DNA of 58,986 bases, the filler included, from Sphacelaria rigidula (lineage: Eukaryota): NCBI GenBank assembly GCA_964200075.2. It is 6 parts of 6 records of this genome, joined end to end, with 100 filler letters (N's around TTAATTAATTAA, not from the genome) between each part and the next. Parts side by side here need not be neighbours in the genome. Positions count along the whole stretch, not along the records: positions 29,545 to 39,292 come from CAXNAA020007850.1; positions 39,393 to 49,139 come from CAXNAA020007851.1; 4 more parts are not named here. The stretch is one strand, 5' to 3'. Both the position numbers and the translations under genes were made by a program. Shown in pieces: positions 34,870 to 47,331 of this stretch; position 1 is the stretch's first letter, and every line of letters starts with the position of its first letter. The notes beneath the pieces were generated by a model. It searched no databases and was not told the origin of the DNA. It saw only the letters and a program-made list of their open reading frames with translations.

Positions 34870-35060
34870 GTACTATTTTCATCTTCTTTTATATCGCGTC
34901 TGTGTGAATTTTCTCGGGTCACACTTTGTTTTCATATGGTTTCATTATACCTTATTTTGGGTAGTCAGCCTGTGATCACGGAAGGCGTCCGCATCAGATG
35001 CCCAGCACGAAGTACTGCGCAGATATCGGCACGGTTTTTAGTGTGAAGACAACAAAAACA
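34870..35060 (+). mobile_element. retroposon 3' end with CAA tail (family of 12150-12380)
   Basis: gcctgtgatcacggaaggcgtccgcatcaga...gtgtgaagacaacaaaaac. Confidence 0.7.
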
Positions 35061-35065
35061 GACAG

Positions 35066-35372
35066 TGTGTGTGGGCGCACCAGCTGGGATCACACAGGAG
35101 GAAGGCCAACGCGGGGGCTTTTTCTCTTTTAGTTCTTTGAATTCTCCTCCTCCCTTTTGCGGTGCTTGGCTTTATTTTTTATCGCGAGAGGGGACCAGCA
35201 GTCCCTTTCGCTCGTCGACCATTAGGTCGGATTTCGTGTACCAACGACATAATCGCTCTCCACTGTTGGGCATTGTATCAGAAAAAATTCCCAGATCGCT
35301 CTGAGAGTCGAACCCACGACCCAACCGTCAAAAGGTTTCGAGGTTATCAACTGAGCCACCGGGGCGACCGGC
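35066..35372 (-). mobile_element. tRNA-derived SINE lacking its 3' tail
   Basis: Head gccggtcgccccggtggctcagttgataacctcgaaacc...ggttcgactc; body homologous to 30527-30878. Confidence 0.85.
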
Positions 35373-36589
35373 TTTTAGTACCGTATCGTGCAGTGCAGTA
35401 CCGTACAGTGATATTACATTCGGTGGGTGGAGATCACGAGCGATGACCACGGCATCATCGTATGTGGTATGGTCTTTACGAAAGTTTCCACACGTCGGAC
35501 AGCTCATGTGCTACGTTAATATTACATCTTAGTAGAGCGTTGATAAGGACATGAGCTAAGGATTATGAGCTAGCTCATTTGACCACACTCTGTACAAGAG
35601 ATTCTATTGTCAAAAAATGTACTGCGTACAGTATGGAATCTATTATCTATTGCAATAGGCGCAATAATTGATACTGTACGCAGTACACTTTTTGACTGTG
35701 TATTCTTTTGTCCAGGGTATGCATTTGACCCCCTGTTCCTATATTCTCTCCCTGCAGCGCTGGACATCGAGCACGCGGAGTAGCGCTTCGCCTTCTCTGA
35801 CCCCGCGGTCATTTTTGCGTCTTTGAACCAATGGATCTGAGAGTACTCATTGATGTGTTGTTATAGGTAACTCATGAGCTGTAGGACACGTAAGGTTTTT
35901 ACAAGCCGTAACCTACGGACGCGCCGCTGGGGGGGGTGTCTTCGCAGCAGCGAAAGATGCCCCAAAAACTCAAATCCGGCTGCTCAACGATGAACACAGG
36001 CCGCTACACGCACCATGCTCCACGGAGCAAAGCGTGTACTCCTGTCTGATTTAGCACCCCAAGGCCATCAAAGGGTCATGACCGCATAGAATTGGCCTAC
36101 TCCAAATGTTCGCGGGACTGTCAGGACGTATTTTCGGAACAGAAATACTTGGGCGCTATAGGGATCGACTGGCTTGGTGCCCGCGGCCTGCTGCGAGATC
36201 TGACAGCCCTTTTGAGAATAGCAACAATTTAAACGAGGAAGATCGAGCAGGACGTCCGGGCGTCCAGGCGTCCGGGCCTTGAAACGATTTCGCGTATTTT
36301 ACTTCTCGACCAATGGGATCGCAGCAGGCTGACATGGTTGAGCAGACAGGGGAGTTTTTGTTGCTGCGAGCAGGATGACAGCGACCTGTACGTCTCCGTA
36401 TCCCGCTGGGTGTTGCCGTTGATGCTTACAACAGGGGAGATGCATACGCGATTGCAGAGTAGTTAATGGTGGTGAGCAAACATCACCAGGAGAGAGCACG
36501 AGCTATGTGCGTGGTAAGGACCTTCCGGCCCGGACCCCTTTGTTTACGTGAAGATGTTGCCTCTCCTGCCAAAACAACGATCAAGAGAC

Positions 36590-36900
36590 TATCTTCGAAA
36601 TGAGGTTGAACATCAAAATGAGGTTCAGCTCCAAAACAGTGATTCCTCCGACGTAAAGTCATGACAAATGGCATTCATATGGACGACTTCCCGACCTCCC
36701 TGGAACAATGTTCGCCTCGATTTCGGGGTAAAAAAGTGACCCTTCAAGTTCGAAAATGGTGTTTTCGCACAAACCCTTTGGGGAACGGAAGACGAGAAAC
36801 TTCCATAATTAGTTTCAGAGACGTCGGGGGGCGTGAGGCCGACGAGATGGAAGTCATTTGCCACGACTTTAGGTCACGGAAGGCACCTCATTTTATCCCT
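36590..36900. mobile_element. MITE copy related to 12382-12700
   Basis: Shared catgacaaatg, gcctcgatttcggg, gggaacggaa, aagtcatttg.ca.ga.tttagg blocks. Confidence 0.7.
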
Positions 36901-37092
36901 TAAACAGCGACCCCCCCGCGGGTGGGCTGTGCTGGACTATGCCACATTTGGGGTTCGGGAGAGTTTTTTTCGATACTCGTACACAAAACGCCTTTTCATC
37001 AAAAGGTTGATATTTGGCATCTGTATAGAAAATAGTCCCGGAGAACCCCTGACCAGTTTTGACCCTGCAGTCCATTGCGTGCAGAGTCAATA

Positions 37093-38068
37093 TGTATGTG
37101 TACTGTCTTCGCTGGATGCAACAGCAAGAGACACAGTATAAGTGTGTCATCGCTCTCGACTGGACACAGTTTACTACATGCCGCTCATGCCTCTGCTTAG
37201 TGTTCAACAACACTGCAGACAGTGTGAAGCTTTGCCGCCAACACATGAGGCGTCAGATAAGCGGCACAGACCTCGAGCAGAGTACAAAACAAGATATTTG
37301 TACCCATGTAACCTATGGTTGAATTGCCATGATCAAAATGAAAAATGCCAGTAGGCAGCAAAGTAGTCCGCCTGTAGTCCACCTGTAGGGGAAATACGTG
37401 GTCATTTCGACGGCTGTGATTGTTCACAATACGGTGTTTGCGCAGTACAAAAATGGGTCAAGACTTGGACTTTGTTATTTCCCCGAAGCTCAGTGTCAGT
37501 CCAAAGCACGATGGTTGCGTTTCGGTCGGTTTGGTCTTTTAAAACTGTAGATGGATGCTAATTGGCCAACAGGCGTGACGTGTAACGTGTAACCATTCTT
37601 CCGACGATACACACCACACCAGCCACCTCGCTGTTCGCGCAAACACCAGAGCACACGCCCAGAACATGGCGAATCGACGGATGATGGTGTGGCAGTGGTG
37701 TTTTTCTTTAAGTCAGCACAGCAGCTTATGCACAAAGAAATAGTATGTTGAGCACAACTTGACACAGACAGCGATTGACGTGACGTGTATCCGGTTTGCA
37801 CAGAAGTTGTTGCAGACCAGAAGAATCATTTTGATCACAAGTCATGAATCACATGGGCACAAAACAACGTGTTCGAGTACTTTTAGTCGTGGTCTGTCTT
37901 CCCCGCCTGCCGGAACCCTCCCGTCTTGCCAACACAGCTTCACACTGTAGTGTTGTTGTGGAACACTAAGCAGAGACACCAGTAGCGTGCGGTAGACTGT
38001 GTTGAGTGCAGAACGATTCACGCTCACTGTTTCTTGCTGCTGAGTCCAGCGAAGATATACAACATACA
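37093..38068. mobile_element. foldback element with ~250-bp diverged inverted arms
   Basis: 37093-37345 vs reverse complement of 37824-38068; spurious translations YCLRWMQQQET and YLRWTQQQET mirror each other. Confidence 0.8.
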
Positions 38069-39292
38069 AGAATCTGATACAGACAACAATCTGAGTTGAT
38101 TTGCCCGACGCGTGGATACTTTGATCCCACCCCAATTATGTGCAGATCGAAACACGTTATGCAGCACTACAACTGTTCAAGCACTCTTAAGCGCGAATCG
38201 CATCGTGATCGTCGTAGAGTGTTTAGATGCACAACAGCACAGTGACCACTACAGCATAGAAATGATGGGTTTGGGAAGCGCCTTGTTCGTTTGACTCGAG
38301 ACGAAATAGGCCAACACACCATGAAGGTTTCAACAGTGTGTAGAAAAGACTCCGTGTCAATGTCATTACTTTTCGAAGAGATGGACGCCATGACAGTAAT
38401 AAAGCAACTCAGGCAGCCGGTCCCAGCGGAGATAGACCGTCTTCAAAAAGGCCTGGAGACACCACAGCGTAGCAACAGCGACAGCACAAGAGACAGCGCA
38501 TGAGTGTATTTGTGCTGCAACACAGTGATACAGGGCATGCCCCATGAGATAGTTTTTCCCCTGATTCCAGATGGACTCGATCTTGGCCGAGTGGCGGTTT
38601 TCAAACGTTGGGCCATAATTGCGCTTCGCGCGAAAACAATGTATTTATCCCGATCTGTGGGAGGTGAGCCGATAATTAGCTGACTGAAAGACAGCCAACA
38701 GTACTGACTGTACACAACAGCGATAAGCACGAACAACGTAAAACCACAATGTGTCAACACAGCGGCGATTGATTGGTTTTGGACCCCCACAGCGCTTACA
38801 GAGACATGCGGCTACATATCAAGTTTGCTGACTACTTCTGAGGCTTGAGCAACTCCCGAGGCCCCGGTCTTGACAACGAGACACCCTGGGCAACAGCCTA
38901 CATCGGACAAAAAGTGTACTGTTTGTGTACCGGAGCAAGAGTCTCTCAACAGTCTCTCCGCTCCTGCACTGTACGCAGTACACTTCTATTCATGGAGTCT
39001 ACTGTCGAGGATGAGCCCTGACCTCGTGATATGCTTTCCTTCGCCGGCTTTTGGGGCCGATTACAGCAGATCCGCGCCGCTTTCTGCTCCCGGAATGGCT
39101 TCAAGTATCATTTGCTATGCACCTACCAACTCTCCAACACTGTCAAGCACAGCGGGGCACGCACTGCTTGGGGGCGGGGTGGGAGGGCGTTCTCATGTGT
39201 TGCTTGCCTTAGTCGTCTGTCCATTGACCACGCATCCCTTTCGAGACGCAGTACTGCTTGGGGGGACGACCTTGGGCAACACTGTCTAACGT

Positions 39293-39392
39293 NNNNNNNN
39301 NNNNNNNNNNNNNNNNNNNNNNNNNNNNNNNNNNNNTTAATTAATTAANNNNNNNNNNNNNNNNNNNNNNNNNNNNNNNNNNNNNNNNNNNN
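39293..39392. other. artificial contig linker
   Basis: N44-TTAATTAATTAA-N44. Confidence 0.99.
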
Positions 39393-39617
39393 TCTGAAAT
39401 AGCAGTCCATGGATGGCGTAGATGCTCTTGTATTATTGGCGTACAGGCTAACTTGTGCTTTGCTAGTTGAGATGTATGGTCCAAAACGACTCTGACCCAA
39501 AGGGGGCAGGCAGCTGGATTCAATCAAACAATGCAGTATGACCCGTCGGGTACCAAGCATGACAAGTATGACAAATGGAACCCAGTCGACTGGAACATGA
39601 CCAATAAATCTGTAACA

Positions 39618-40613
39618 GATACTCTCGAACACACCCATTGCCGGTAACGGCAAGGTTCAATATCACCCCTGCGCACTCCGCACTCCGCACTCCGCACCCG
39701 TGCAACACCTGTCGAACTTTACAGCACAGTGACCGAAAACTGGTGACAAAACGTTTTGCGCGTGATGGGAAATGGTGTTCTTGATTACGCCAGCAGCTGC
39801 TGTTCAAATCTTGCACCTATCCCTACCAAACACAGGGTGTCAAAAATTGAAAATAAAGCTATACCAATGAGTAGCAGATAGTAGTGGGAACCTGAACCGT
39901 TTTTTTCTAATTTCTTCGTCACCGGCGATTTCCTCAGGCTCTTCCGCTTGTCACCGCCCATCACATTGAGGAATTGAAGATATTTGTACCCGCTTCACAT
40001 TCAATGAAAACAAAAATCATCTGTACTCAACCGGATACAAGTATCTTCGATCCCCAATGTCATGGGCGGTGACAAGCGGAAGAGCCTGAGGAAATCACCG
40101 ATGACGAAGAAATTAGAAAAAAACGGTTCAGGTTCCCACCAATATCTCCTACTCCGGAGTATAGTTTTATTTTCAATTTTTGGCACCCTGTGTTTGGTAG
40201 GGGTAGGTGCAAGATTTGAACAGCAGCTGCTCACGTAATCATGAACACCATTTCCTATCACGCATAAAGCTCTTTGTCACCAGTCTTCAGCCACTGTGCT
40301 GTAAAGTTCGACAGGTGCGGAGTGCGGAGTGCGGAGTGCGGAGGTGTGAGATTGAACCTTGCCGTTACCGGCAATGGGTGTGTTCGAGAGTATCCATCAC
40401 CCACCACACACGAAACATACGACAACAACGCCGAATTCACCTGCGTTTCAATGATTTGGAGGCGCTTTCCCTTGCTTATCCGGTTCAACTGGTTTTCCGG
40501 TGAACCGGTTAAAGCGGCAAAAAAAAGTATTTTCAAAACCGTAACCGGTTAACGCCTTTTGGGGTTTCCAAAAACCGGATATAACCGGTTTTTGTTTCAG
40601 GTGAATAGCTCTA
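39618..40613. mobile_element. long palindrome (arms 39618-39995 / 40028-40394) within a hAT-like element ending TGAATAGCTCTA at 40613
   Basis: Arms align end to end with high identity. An inner segment 39831-40192 is bounded by CACAGGGTG(T/C)CAAAAATTGAAAATAAA. AACCGGTT motifs lie at 40480-40595. Confidence 0.9.
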
Positions 40614-42686
40614 ATCGCGACACGTGCCACCCCAAAATATATTCGCCGAGTAACATGTTGGTGTACGGTAAGGCACCAATATATATTTGTCGAGAAATAT
40701 ATTGGCTGCCGGACGAGTGTGGCGGTTTAGGCACTACCGCAAGCAGTAAAACTGTATACGCCGAACGCAAGCAAGCCACACCCTCGTGAGGTGTCTGCCA
40801 GCGGTCCTGGATTGACTTGTTACACTCAAACTGCCGTTTCAAGATCTCAATACAGTAGCCCAGCTGTCAAAGGGGAAAACAGCACAGCCCCGAAGCCAGA
40901 ATACCATATCAATCGTGAATGAGGGTAAAAGTACAGCACGACAAGAGACTCACGTCAAATGGTGTGGCTCGCGACCGTGGAGGCAGAGAGACCGAAGGTG
41001 GTAGGTGATGGTAAAAAATCTCTTCTTTATCCAATAGGTGCTTGGAGGCCGGTCGGTGTGTCGAGTGACCTCAGTAGGCGAGATACAACAGCTGGGGAAA
41101 GCTATTCTGTCAGCACGTCCTCCTGCCCCGCTTACAACCTCGTCATATTACAAAATCATCGTGACGCGCCGTACCTTTAGCTAATCAAGGCTGTAGTCGC
41201 AGCAGGTACACGCGGCTAATCGGGTGCAATCCATTTCCAACATCAACGCTTCAACAATAAAACAATCCAAATCCTGCATTATACAGCATGTATTCGACTA
41301 GAATCTTTCTATACCCGCCGGTCGTTTCTGGGGACCCATCTGCGTATCCCAAAGAACGTGTTTAATTCAGGCACGCTGTCATTTACCATCACATTAGCCC
41401 ATCCTGGATCGCTCAAGTGCGGTCACTTTTCAGAAGGGACGAACTTGCATCGAGCCACACCTCTCCCACACCACAGAAAACGGAGACTCGATTTTGAAGA
41501 TCGAGTCCTCTTTGGTACGGGGAACGGGAAGGAGCGATCAACACAAGATAAACAAGAAAATACCAACACAAGCACGAAGCAAAGATAATAAAAATCGAAT
41601 CGATACAATGATTCAGTGTCGTCATGTTCCGTACGTTCTTCAAACGGGGTCATGGGAAAATAAAAAATAAAAAAATAAAAAAGACCCAAAATCAACAATC
41701 AAACCATATACCATAAAATGCAGTGTCTCCAGAATGTCGTAAGCATTTCCGGGATAGACACAGGAAATCAGAGACGAATTATTTCAACGATTATCCTACC
41801 CTGCCATAACTATATGATGAATAAATAGTTCGCTCTTTTCCGGATGTACGATTTGTTTCAAGTTATCGGTATAAAAACAAGTAAGCCCGCCAAGGCATTT
41901 TATCACTCCGATAACCAAGTTCATGCTAATCACCCACCCCACTCAATCAGCAAAAGCCTGCAACGTACAGCCGATTCCGTTGCGGAAATGGTAGTTGTCC
42001 GGTGGGAACGATTCGTATTCTCTACAGCACACAAGCAGTACTACACCTGTCTGTATTTCCATTCCGTGAGAGATCATGACGTCTTGCACCACCGTCATGG
42101 ATGGAATGTGGAAAAATCATCGCAATGCGGCCGAGGTCTGCTGTTTGAAAGTGCTGCGTACCGTACTGTCTGTACTATTGTTTGAACGACTGAGTCTCTG
42201 TGCCGTATCGCTGTACAGTATGATAGTTCACAGCATCGCAATCACTGTTGCAGGGTTCTGTATTGCACTCTCTGTACTGTGCTGCACTCCACGCTGCACA
42301 GAACTATAGCACAACAGCACTACAGTGTCCTGTATTGCGCCGTAGTGGATTAAAGTACTGCAGATGCAGTGAAAAAGTGTAGTGCATGGTGCGTACCATG
42401 CCACAGTGTACGGTACAGTCAGTGTTGTGCCGGCCTATGCACTTTCGAAGCGGACGCTGGTCGATCGTACATTTGGCGGGGCAACCTGCGGTCAATCACT
42501 GCGACAACAATAAATCACGTCAAGCCACGTCACATCAGCTTCCGCTTTGAACTTTTATTAACGCCCACTATGATTTTTCGAAGCTTCCACTCTGCACTCT
42601 GACTCCATGATTAAAAAAAACATCTTTCGAAACTCTCTATTCACGGGGCATATATTCCCGTTTCATTCGACCTTTCCCCTCAATTT

Positions 42687-42957
42687 GAAGCTGAGTGATG
42701 CTGCGATAGGGTCTGCACTTTTGGGGCCAAAACCGGCCTGATTCAGGGATTCCTAAATATTAGGAACTACACAAGAATATGGATCAGGATATCCCCGTTT
42801 GCAAATTCATTCGGGATATCCCTAGCGAATTGGAAGGAAAAACCTGGCGTAATCTCACGTATTTCGAAAGTTGTGTATTGGATGAGGTAAAGGGTTCCTA
42901 ACAATTCTACTCTCAGGCCGTAAAAGTGCTGACCCTATCGCAGCATCACTCAGCTTC
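42687..42957. mobile_element. MITE with 35-bp TIRs (1 mismatch)
   Basis: gaagctgagtgatgctgcgatagggtc(t/a)gcacttt at both ends, inverted. Confidence 0.9.
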
Positions 42958-43470
42958 TCCCAACTTCTCGCAACTAGAATCGCCCAAGAACAAAATCCGA
43001 AGCTGGAGTTTCGAAAAACCTGTCGTTAGTCTCAATTGGTTTTTTGCCTGACCTAGCTGAGCAAATATAGTTTTACATTTCCGCGTGTTTTTCTCTACAA
43101 CACTGGAGTTCGCGGGGGAGATGAGGGGGGCGGGGGGCGCGCGCGCGGTGGGGAGGGGGGTAGCAGGCCAATCATCAGGACCCCAAATATATGAAGTGTT
43201 CGGTCCAACCCAAACCCGGTACAGGCGAACCCCTTGTTGGAGATTGCGCGAGTATATCGTCTGGCGGGTTAGGTAGTCTTCTGGTGATGGATGGATTGAA
43301 TAAATCATTACCGTTTCGGTGACGAATCGCACACCCAACAATTTCATCTTAGCTTTGCGTCATGTTAAAGCCCCAGAACGTGATGGTTTTTAATCTAGAC
43401 AATGGTTTGAGCGCTCTAACTAAATCTAGTGTTTTCCCCGTGTGTTGTACCGACAGACCAAAATGGGCGA

Positions 43471-43769
43471 AACAGCGTTTTCGTGAGATTGAGAGTAGAG
43501 AGTACGATTGAGAATGAAAAGCGTTCAATTAGTGAATGAATCGTTTCAGTTCCGAAATGTCCCTCCACGAGGCCCGACATGCTTTCTATCGTAGCTTACC
43601 TTGAGGCGCTTGATATCAGTGAGTAGGATATTGACGTGTAGCTGTAAGCACACGCTTGTGACTAAGACAAAGAGAAGCACACGTGGAATGGAAAATTGGC
43701 TAAGTTCAAGCGAATGATCGAAGCCACCCTCAATCAGCGCTCTACTCTCAACTTCACGAAAACGTTGTT
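43471..43769. mobile_element. MITE-like element with ~45-bp inverted repeats
   Basis: cgttttcgtga..ttgagagtagag...gattgag vs ctcaatc...ctctactctcaa..tcacgaaaacg. Confidence 0.6.
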
Positions 43770-44114
43770 GCGAGTGATTCGCGGTTGTTGTTTGTTTCTG
43801 CAGCAATTACCTTCCGCTTGGTGAAAATCCGACGGTAAATGCCAGACTACGGGAAATAAGTCATGAAAGGAGTGGAAAAGTCAAACGCCGATACCATTTC
43901 AAAACATTGAATATCACTTAACCGCAAAAAAGACAAAACCTCGCGAGAAAGCCTGTCCACAAGTGTCCCAGCGAAATGTTCGGCTTTCCGAGAAGCGAAA
44001 AAGCTGGAAACTTCCGGGCTTCGCACCTACGGAAGAACCAGGCCAAGTTTCCCCATATTCTTCAACCTCTACAACGACAAACAACATCAGCGCATCGGTG
44101 ACGACGCCCGGGCC

Positions 44115-47100
44115 ATGGACCCGCGCCAACCGCGGAGTCATCCTCCGGTAGGAGGGGGGGTATTTTTGGCCACTTCTGTGATTGATCCAAACTGGGGACT
44201 TGCTGAAGCTGCGTGCAGCGGGAGGTTGGAGGCTCTTACGACTGTGTGGTGCGGCGACGAAGAAGGAAAGTGTGTAATCCGCGAAATTCCGCTAGCCTGA
44301 GAAAGTCCGCAGGTGGCCGGTTGCAGCTATGGCGACCGGTTCGCGAAATACGTCCAGCGTGACGCCCGTGGTCATGCCGGAAGAGTTGCGACCACCCCCA
44401 ATACGGGGATAGGTACTGAGAGAGTGCATCACGCACTTTTTGTACGAAGTACTTGGAGTACAAGAAGCGTGTGGAGCACGCTAATGCAGGGGGTGCTGTG
44501 CGGCATCAGGTGGTGTCAATAGCACAACAAGTGCCAAGTCATGATCAGAGAGTGTTTGCTCGTTTGGAACAGAACGAGAGCACAACCACCCGGCCGCAAG
44601 TAGTTGCAACTATCAAAAAGCATACTGGGCATGTGGCGGGCGCTGAGGTGGAGCTGACCCAACCGTCCGCGGCCGTGGCGAAAGCTGTCGCCATGGATCC
44701 TCGGGGAAAGACGATGTTGGAGCGGGTGGAGCCCATCCTGTCAACTTTGGAGAAGTACTCTACGGAATCTCGAACGTGGAATTAGTATATCGTTCCCCCG
44801 ATGGGGAATTCATTCTCGGCCCGGCTGCACTAAGGCTTTGGTGGAGGGGTTGGCGCCGGAATAATTCAAGCAAACCGTGCTTGCCAAGCTGCAGCACGAA
44901 AATAATTGGAAGGCAGACCCCTACCTGGTGATGGACACCGTCGTGGCTGAGGCGAAGGAGTGACGGAAAATAGAGGTGCTCGGCTAGTCTTTCACCTCCT
45001 CGCCGAAATCTTTGCGCAACCATGGCTCGAAATCGGTCGGCCGTGCGGCGAGTATTGCTTGGCACCGCTGTGGCCAGGTCGGCCATTACGCGCGCGATTG
45101 CCCAACGTCTTCCGGTGGAGAGTTTGGGCAGTCTCATGCCGCACGCCATCAGCATCGTCAGCACAAGGGCAAAGGACGAGGTAATCGGGGTGGTGGCGGC
45201 GGCGGATCCTCCACCGGCGATGGAGGGTCGCAGTCGAGTCCTCCCCAGCAGCAGCTGTAGCAGCAGGGGCAGCGGCGTCAGCATGGGCCTAGTTCTGGGT
45301 CCGGCGCCGCGGTAGGTACTGCTGCTTCGCAACTGGCGATGCCGGGGGGATCGACTTCTACAATATCGAACACTGCGCCGGCGCCGCGGGTGGCGCCGGC
45401 GGCAACACGCAGCAGGGCCAGGCGCGACACCTGTTGATGCGCTGGTCGGAGGTTCGCCAAGTTTTTGGTCTGCTGGCTGGGGGTCATACCCGCCGGCGGT
45501 GCCGTTTGAATCTGCCGGGGTGTCTTTGCCTGCGCAGCTTGCGCAGCCGTGGTGTCAAGTCGGATCAGCGGCGCATCGGTCAGCAGATAAAGGGCCAGTG
45601 AAGTTTGTGGACAAATACGTTCCTGCGGAGCAGTGGATTCCAAATTAAAAGGAGCGTGGAGCCATTGAGGTTCGGGCTAAGTGGGATTCTGGCGCCCACT
45701 GGACGGGTCATGTGAGTCTGTCGGTACAGAGTGTAGGGACGTTGGAGCGTCTCCTCCTGGGTGTGCCGCTGCGCATCCCGGTTTAGTTCGGGGCGAGGCA
45801 GGCAGTCACCGCGTCGGGTAAGCATGTTGCCGTCACGGAGCGTACTGTTCCGTTTCGGCTAGCTTTCAAGACTGCTTGGGGGCTGACGCCGTTGCCTCCG
45901 ATCTCGTTTGCGATTATGCCGGGGTCGGATGGCATTGTTCTTCTGGGGTTGCCGACGCTTCAGGATCCAGGAGTCGACCCGTATGAGCGGTTGAAGGACT
46001 CCATCAAGACGCGGATGTCTCCGCCTGGTCCACGCTTGGGGACGCTCGTCGTTTTGGGCAGTCGTCGCGTGAGTTTGTCGGTGGATGCTTCTCAGGAAGC
46101 GGGAGGGCAGATGATCGAGGAGCAGGATGCGGCGGTGGAACACTTAGTAGAGCGCAGCCCGGAGATGTCAATGATTCCGAGGGAAGAGGAGTTCGCTCGG
46201 AAGGTCGCGCTGGAGGAGAGCGCGACCGATGCTGGGGCGACAGGCCTCAGCGTCTCAAAAGCGGAGCGCCTGCGCGTCATTTTGGATTGTTGCGTCAACA
46301 CGTTTCGTCGTGCGCTGCGGGGTGACCCCCCTGCGCGCGTGGAGCCCATGCGTGTTCAGCTAAAACCTGGGGCGTCCGCCGCGAAGATGAAGCCGCTGCG
46401 GTATGATCCAGTGAAGTCGAGTTGGTCGGCGTTGTGCATGGCCGCTCCTTTGGCACTCGGGATGGTGTTACAGAATTTGCAGCCGGGGTGGTCCAGCCCA
46501 GATATGGCGTTTCCGCAGAAGGCTACATCGTGGGCGGAGGGCAGGCTGCAGGCGTGGGCGGCAGCAAAAGATCTGGTGGCTCATGCGGTGATGCTGTTTC
46601 ATCCTCGTTCTGATTGTCAGGTGTTTACGTTTCCGGATGTATCTGAGTGCCATTGAGGTAATTTGGTCATGCAGGTGCCTACAGTTGAAATACAAATGTC
46701 TGTGCGCGCTATGGCTGCGCACGGTCCGTGTGAACCTGATGACTCGATGCCGTCCAAATTTGTTGTCCGCCAAGTGCAACGAAAAGACCTTGGGGCCGAG
46801 TATGCGGATATGCAACCTTTGGAGTCGGACTTTGGTACTGCTATCTTGGACAATGAAAATTTGATTCGTGTGCATGTGCGTGGCCGAAACGTTTTGTGGA
46901 TTCCGAGTTGTGACAAGCAGTTGCAGGTACGTCTACTTATTTGCGCGCACATGCGCGATGCCGGGCATCGTGGTATGGCTGCGATGCTCGTGCGCTTGCG
47001 AATGTTTTGTGCCTGGCAGGGGATAGAAACTCATGTGTGCGAATCTGTCCGTCAGTGTCTTCACTGTGCTGCCTCGAGGGCGGGAGATGTTCTTCACCGT

Positions 47101-47331
47101 CCGCTCGGCGAAACGGTCCGTGGGACCACGCCGAATGAAGTCGTTAATTTTGTCTTCTTGTACGTGGACGAGAGTGGCCCGCTAGCTTCCCAAGGTTTGT
47201 CCGAGGATGCTGGGTTTCGATGCATTTTGGTAATCATGGATGATTTGAGCAACTTCGTGGCCCTGGAACCAGTAGCAGTGTGTGCTGATGAATCGACCGC
47301 TGCATCTTTATTGATTTGGATCAAAACTTTG
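44115..47331 (+). mobile_element. degenerate Ty3/Gypsy LTR-retrotransposon internal region (gag, protease, partial RT/RNase H, integrase)
   Basis: Gag zinc knuckle WHRCGQVGHYARDC (45060-45101, first Cys lost); protease tail IVLLGLPTL; RT N-terminus DPPARVEPMRVQLKPGA...WSSP; RNase H start PDVSECH*G; integrase HMRDAGHRG...CLHC, RPLGET, DDLSNF. Domain order RT-RH-IN. Many stops and frameshifts. Confidence 0.9.
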
